This document shows, one piece after another, positions 61,258 through 64,000 of a stretch of DNA of 64,000 nucleotides. Under the pieces are notes generated by a model, which was not told where the DNA came from, did not search any database, and worked only from the letters and a program-made list of their open reading frames with translations. The DNA is from Ignavibacteria bacterium. Lineage in GTDB: Bacteria > Bacteroidota > Ignavibacteria > UBA10030. Each line of letters starts with the position of its first letter. Positions within the stretch are counted from its first letter, which is position 1. Made by a program: the position numbers and the translations under genes. Where the stretch lies: the NCBI GenBank assembly GCA_016873805.1, contig VGVZ01000014.1, positions 8,522 through 72,521 of the forward strand, given 5' to 3'.

Positions 61258-62289
61258 ATGAGCACGAGCACAACCGAGGTCGAGCAGAAGAACACCAGTT
61301 CCCGCACGATGGGTCTCCCGAAAAAGACGCTTCTCAAGTGGTACGATGAGATGCTGCTCATCCGTCGATTTGAGGAAAAGTGCGCGCAACTCTACGGCAT
61401 GGGCAAGATCGGGGGGTTCTGTCACCTCTACAACGGGCAGGAGGCCGTTTCCACAGGTTCTATTGGAGCGATAACGGAGAACGACTACGTCATTACCGCC
61501 TATCGCGATCATGGACACGCAATCTCCAAAGGAATCGATCCGAATGCGATCATGGCCGAGATGCTCGGGAAGTCCACCGGGACGACGAAGGGAAAAGGGG
61601 GTTCGATGCACCTGTTTGATCACCGGAAGAACTTCCTCGGTGGACATGCGATCGTCGGCGGCCATCTCCCGATCGCAGCCGGTGTGGCGTTCGCCATCAA
61701 GTACCGGAACGAGCAAAAGGTTATCCTGTGCTACATGGGGGACGGCGCAACCAACATCGGATCGTTTCACGAATCGATGAACATGGCATCACTTTGGAAG
61801 CTACCGGTTATCTTCATCATCGAAAACAATCGATACGGGATGGGGACTTCCGTCGAGCGTTCGTCAGCCGTCACCGATCTACACAAGCGTGCGGTAAGCT
61901 ACAACATGCGTGACGCAGTCATAGACGGACACGACGTGCTGGCTGTGTACAAGGCAACCAAAGAGGCGGTCGATCACGCCAAAAGGACGCATGAGCCGAC
62001 ACTCCTTGAGATGCGCACCTTCCGTTACCGCGGCCATTCCATGTCCGATCCTATTCACGGCCACTATCGGACAAAGGACGAGGTGGAGTCGCAGAAGAAG
62101 CTTGACCCGATTGAACTCTTTGCCGATATCCTGCGTACCGAAGGCCTCGCCGATGCGTCCTATTTCAAGGATGCAGAGAAGCGAATCAAGAAGATCGTTG
62201 AAGAATCCGTCACATTTGCAGAGCAGAGTCCCGAACCTCCGCTCGAAGAACTCTACACAGACGTATATCGAGAATCGACCGGAGAGTAG
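61258..62289 (+). CDS. pdhA: Pyruvate dehydrogenase E1 component alpha subunit
   Basis: TPP-binding motif GDGATNIGSFHESMNMA...ENNRYGMGT. Confidence 0.85.
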   Translation: MSTSTTEVEQKNTSSRTMGLPKKTLLKWYDEMLLIRRFEEKCAQLYGMGKIGGFCHLYNGQEAVSTGSIGAITENDYVITAYRDHGHAISKGIDPNAIMAEMLGKSTGTTKGKGGSMHLFDHRKNFLGGHAIVGGHLPIAAGVAFAIKYRNEQKVILCYMGDGATNIGSFHESMNMASLWKLPVIFIIENNRYGMGTSVERSSAVTDLHKRAVSYNMRDAVIDGHDVLAVYKATKEAVDHAKRTHEPTLLEMRTFRYRGHSMSDPIHGHYRTKDEVESQKKLDPIELFADILRTEGLADASYFKDAEKRIKKIVEESVTFAEQSPEPPLEELYTDVYRESTGE

Positions 62290-62292
62290 GGG

Positions 62293-63282
62293 ATGCCGAC
62301 AGTAAGTTTTCGAGAAGCACTGAATCAAGCGATGGATGAGGAAATGGCGCGCGATGAGCGCGTCTTCCTAATGGGTGAAGAAGTTGCGTACTACCAGGGT
62401 GCGTACAAGGTAAGTCAGGGGCTCCTCCAGAAATACGGCGATCGACGCATTGTCGATACGCCCATCGCGGAAGAAGGATTTGTCGGAATCGGAATCGGCG
62501 CCGCGATGGTCGGCCTTCGTCCCATCATCGAAGTGATGACATTCAATTTTTCGCTCGTGGCCTACGATCAGATCGTCAACCACGCGGCAAAGATGTATTC
62601 GATGTCTGGGGGACATTACTATGTCCCGATGGTCATTCGCGGTCCCGGCGGCGCGGCGCACATGCTCGCGGCTACACACTCGCAGTCCCTCGAATCGCTC
62701 TATGCCCATATTCCGGGACTCAAAGTCGTCATGCCCTCGAATCCGAAGGACGGAAAGGGGCTCCTGAAGTCCGCGATCCGCGATGAGAATCCGGTTATCT
62801 TTATTGAGAGCGAGATGATGTACGGAGACAAGGGGGAGATTCCTGAAGGCGAGTACACCATTCCGATCGGCGTCGGAGAAATTAAACGCGAAGGAACCGA
62901 TGTCACAATCGTTGCATGGTCCAAGATGCTCACTCGCGTCGCCGGAAAGGCAGTTGAGGAACTTGCCGGGATGGGAATCAGCGCGGAGCTCATCGATCCC
63001 CGCACGATCAGACCGATGGATTGGGATCTGATTGTGAATTCTGTGAAGAAGACGAATCGGCTCGTCGTCGTTGAAGAAGGATGGCCCTTCGCGGGCGTCG
63101 GCGCCCAGATTTCCCATGAAGTCATGCAACGTGCGTTCGACTATCTCGATGCACCGATTGAGCGAGTGACACAGGAAGATGTCCCGCTCCCCTACGCGCA
63201 CAATCTCGAAGTCGCATCTCTTCCAAGCGTCGAGAAAGTTGTCAAGGCAGTGAAGAACGTTATGTATCAGAACGGAAAATAG
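62293..63282 (+). CDS. pdhB: Pyruvate dehydrogenase E1 component beta subunit
   Basis: Transketolase-like pyrimidine-binding and C-terminal domains; 329 aa. Confidence 0.9.
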   Translation: MPTVSFREALNQAMDEEMARDERVFLMGEEVAYYQGAYKVSQGLLQKYGDRRIVDTPIAEEGFVGIGIGAAMVGLRPIIEVMTFNFSLVAYDQIVNHAAKMYSMSGGHYYVPMVIRGPGGAAHMLAATHSQSLESLYAHIPGLKVVMPSNPKDGKGLLKSAIRDENPVIFIESEMMYGDKGEIPEGEYTIPIGVGEIKREGTDVTIVAWSKMLTRVAGKAVEELAGMGISAELIDPRTIRPMDWDLIVNSVKKTNRLVVVEEGWPFAGVGAQISHEVMQRAFDYLDAPIERVTQEDVPLPYAHNLEVASLPSVEKVVKAVKNVMYQNGK

Positions 63283-63291
63283 AGACCCCGA

Positions 63292-64000
63292 ATGGCTACG
63301 AAAGTCCTGATGCCCAAGCTGAGCGACACAATGACCGAAGGAGTCATCCTCAAGTGGCTGAGGAAAGAAGGAGATGCGGTCAAGCAGGGGGAGATTCTTG
63401 TCGAAATCGAATCCGACAAAGCCGATATGGAACTTGAGGCGTACGACACGGGAGTGGTGCGCAAGATATTCGTCCCCGTCGGATCAAAAGCACCAATCGG
63501 AGAAGCGATAGCGATCATCGCGGATGCCGACGAGGATATCTCCGGTTTGCTCCAACCGTCAGCTCCATCCGCGGGAGTGAAGGCAGCGACGCAAACAGAG
63601 GTCTCCACCGTTTCTTCTCCATCGCAATCTGCACCGGCTGTCCCGGCACCCTCGGCTCTGGCAACCGATGGTCGTCTGAAGGCTTCTCCCCTTGCTCGTC
63701 GCATCGCTGAGGAGAGACAAATCGATTTGCGCCTGGTCGCCGGATCAGGACCACAGGGGCGAGTTGTGAAACGTGATCTGGAATCAGTCTCCGCCGCCGC
63801 GAAGCCATCGGCTTCACCGACACCAGCGATCCCTTCCGGCGTCTCCGCTCGTATCGAGCTCTCCCCTATTCGAAAGACCATCGCGCAACGGATGGCCCAG
63901 AGCAAGGCCACGGCTCCGCATTTCTACGTCACGGTCGAGATCGACATGAAACACGCGATCGCGTTTCGTGACCAGCTCAACAGCGTGAGCGACGCAAAGA
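63292..64000 (+). CDS. Dihydrolipoamide acetyltransferase E2 (partial; runs off the window end)
   Basis: Lipoyl domain (IESDKADMELEA), Ala/Pro-rich linker, E3-binding domain (SPLARRIAEERQIDLRLVAGSGPQGRV), start of the catalytic domain. Not in the ORF track because there is no stop within the window. Confidence 0.8.
   Translation, partial: MATKVLMPKLSDTMTEGVILKWLRKEGDAVKQGEILVEIESDKADMELEAYDTGVVRKIFVPVGSKAPIGEAIAIIADADEDISGLLQPSAPSAGVKAATQTEVSTVSSPSQSAPAVPAPSALATDGRLKASPLARRIAEERQIDLRLVAGSGPQGRVVKRDLESVSAAAKPSASPTPAIPSGVSARIELSPIRKTIAQRMAQSKATAPHFYVTVEIDMKHAIAFRDQLNSVSDAK

Noticed and set aside
61204-61770. 188-aa minus-strand ORF
   Set aside because: It is antisense to the pdhA 5' region.

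Overview
This 64 kb window looks like a bacterial chromosomal segment at roughly 55-58% GC, mostly housekeeping genes on both strands. Recognisable core content includes a GT2 glycosyltransferase with a flippase-like partner, uridine kinase, an M16 peptidase, an aminotransferase, an isolated nuoG-nuoH-nuoI block, comM, dusB, polX, nth, a tryptophanase-like lyase, glcD/glcF, a Tat-signal asparaginase, a LOG-family protein and a tmRNA (ssrA). It continues with a complete Pho cluster (OmpR-family regulator, PhoR-like kinase, putative porin, pstSCAB, phoU), dapF, purL, biotin carboxylase/BCCP, mutS2, a TonB-dependent receptor with exbB-exbD-exbD, a peroxiredoxin, an M28 peptidase and pdhA-pdhB-E2. 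Two accessory regions stand out. First, a ~6.7 kb heavy-metal efflux island (czcA-like RND pump, CDF transporter, czcB-like adaptor, a His-rich small protein and a dual-HTH XRE regulator) lies between near-identical ~465 bp direct repeats of the comM 3' end. The downstream copy is a truncated comM fragment. Second, a composite tRNA-Asp locus carries three copies of an att-like block (tRNA 3' part, terminator hairpin and ~60 bp flank). Within it are a GIY-YIG mini-ORF, a tyrosine integrase and a two-gene cargo: a GHKL-ATPase protein with an N-terminal STAS-like domain plus a small STAS-like (DUF4325-like) partner. That pair is the best candidate here for an undescribed partner-switching-type or defence module carried by a small integrative element. 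A low-GC 535 bp noncoding convergent gap (dapF/purL) is unexplained. All calls rest on motif recognition by eye; no database search was possible.
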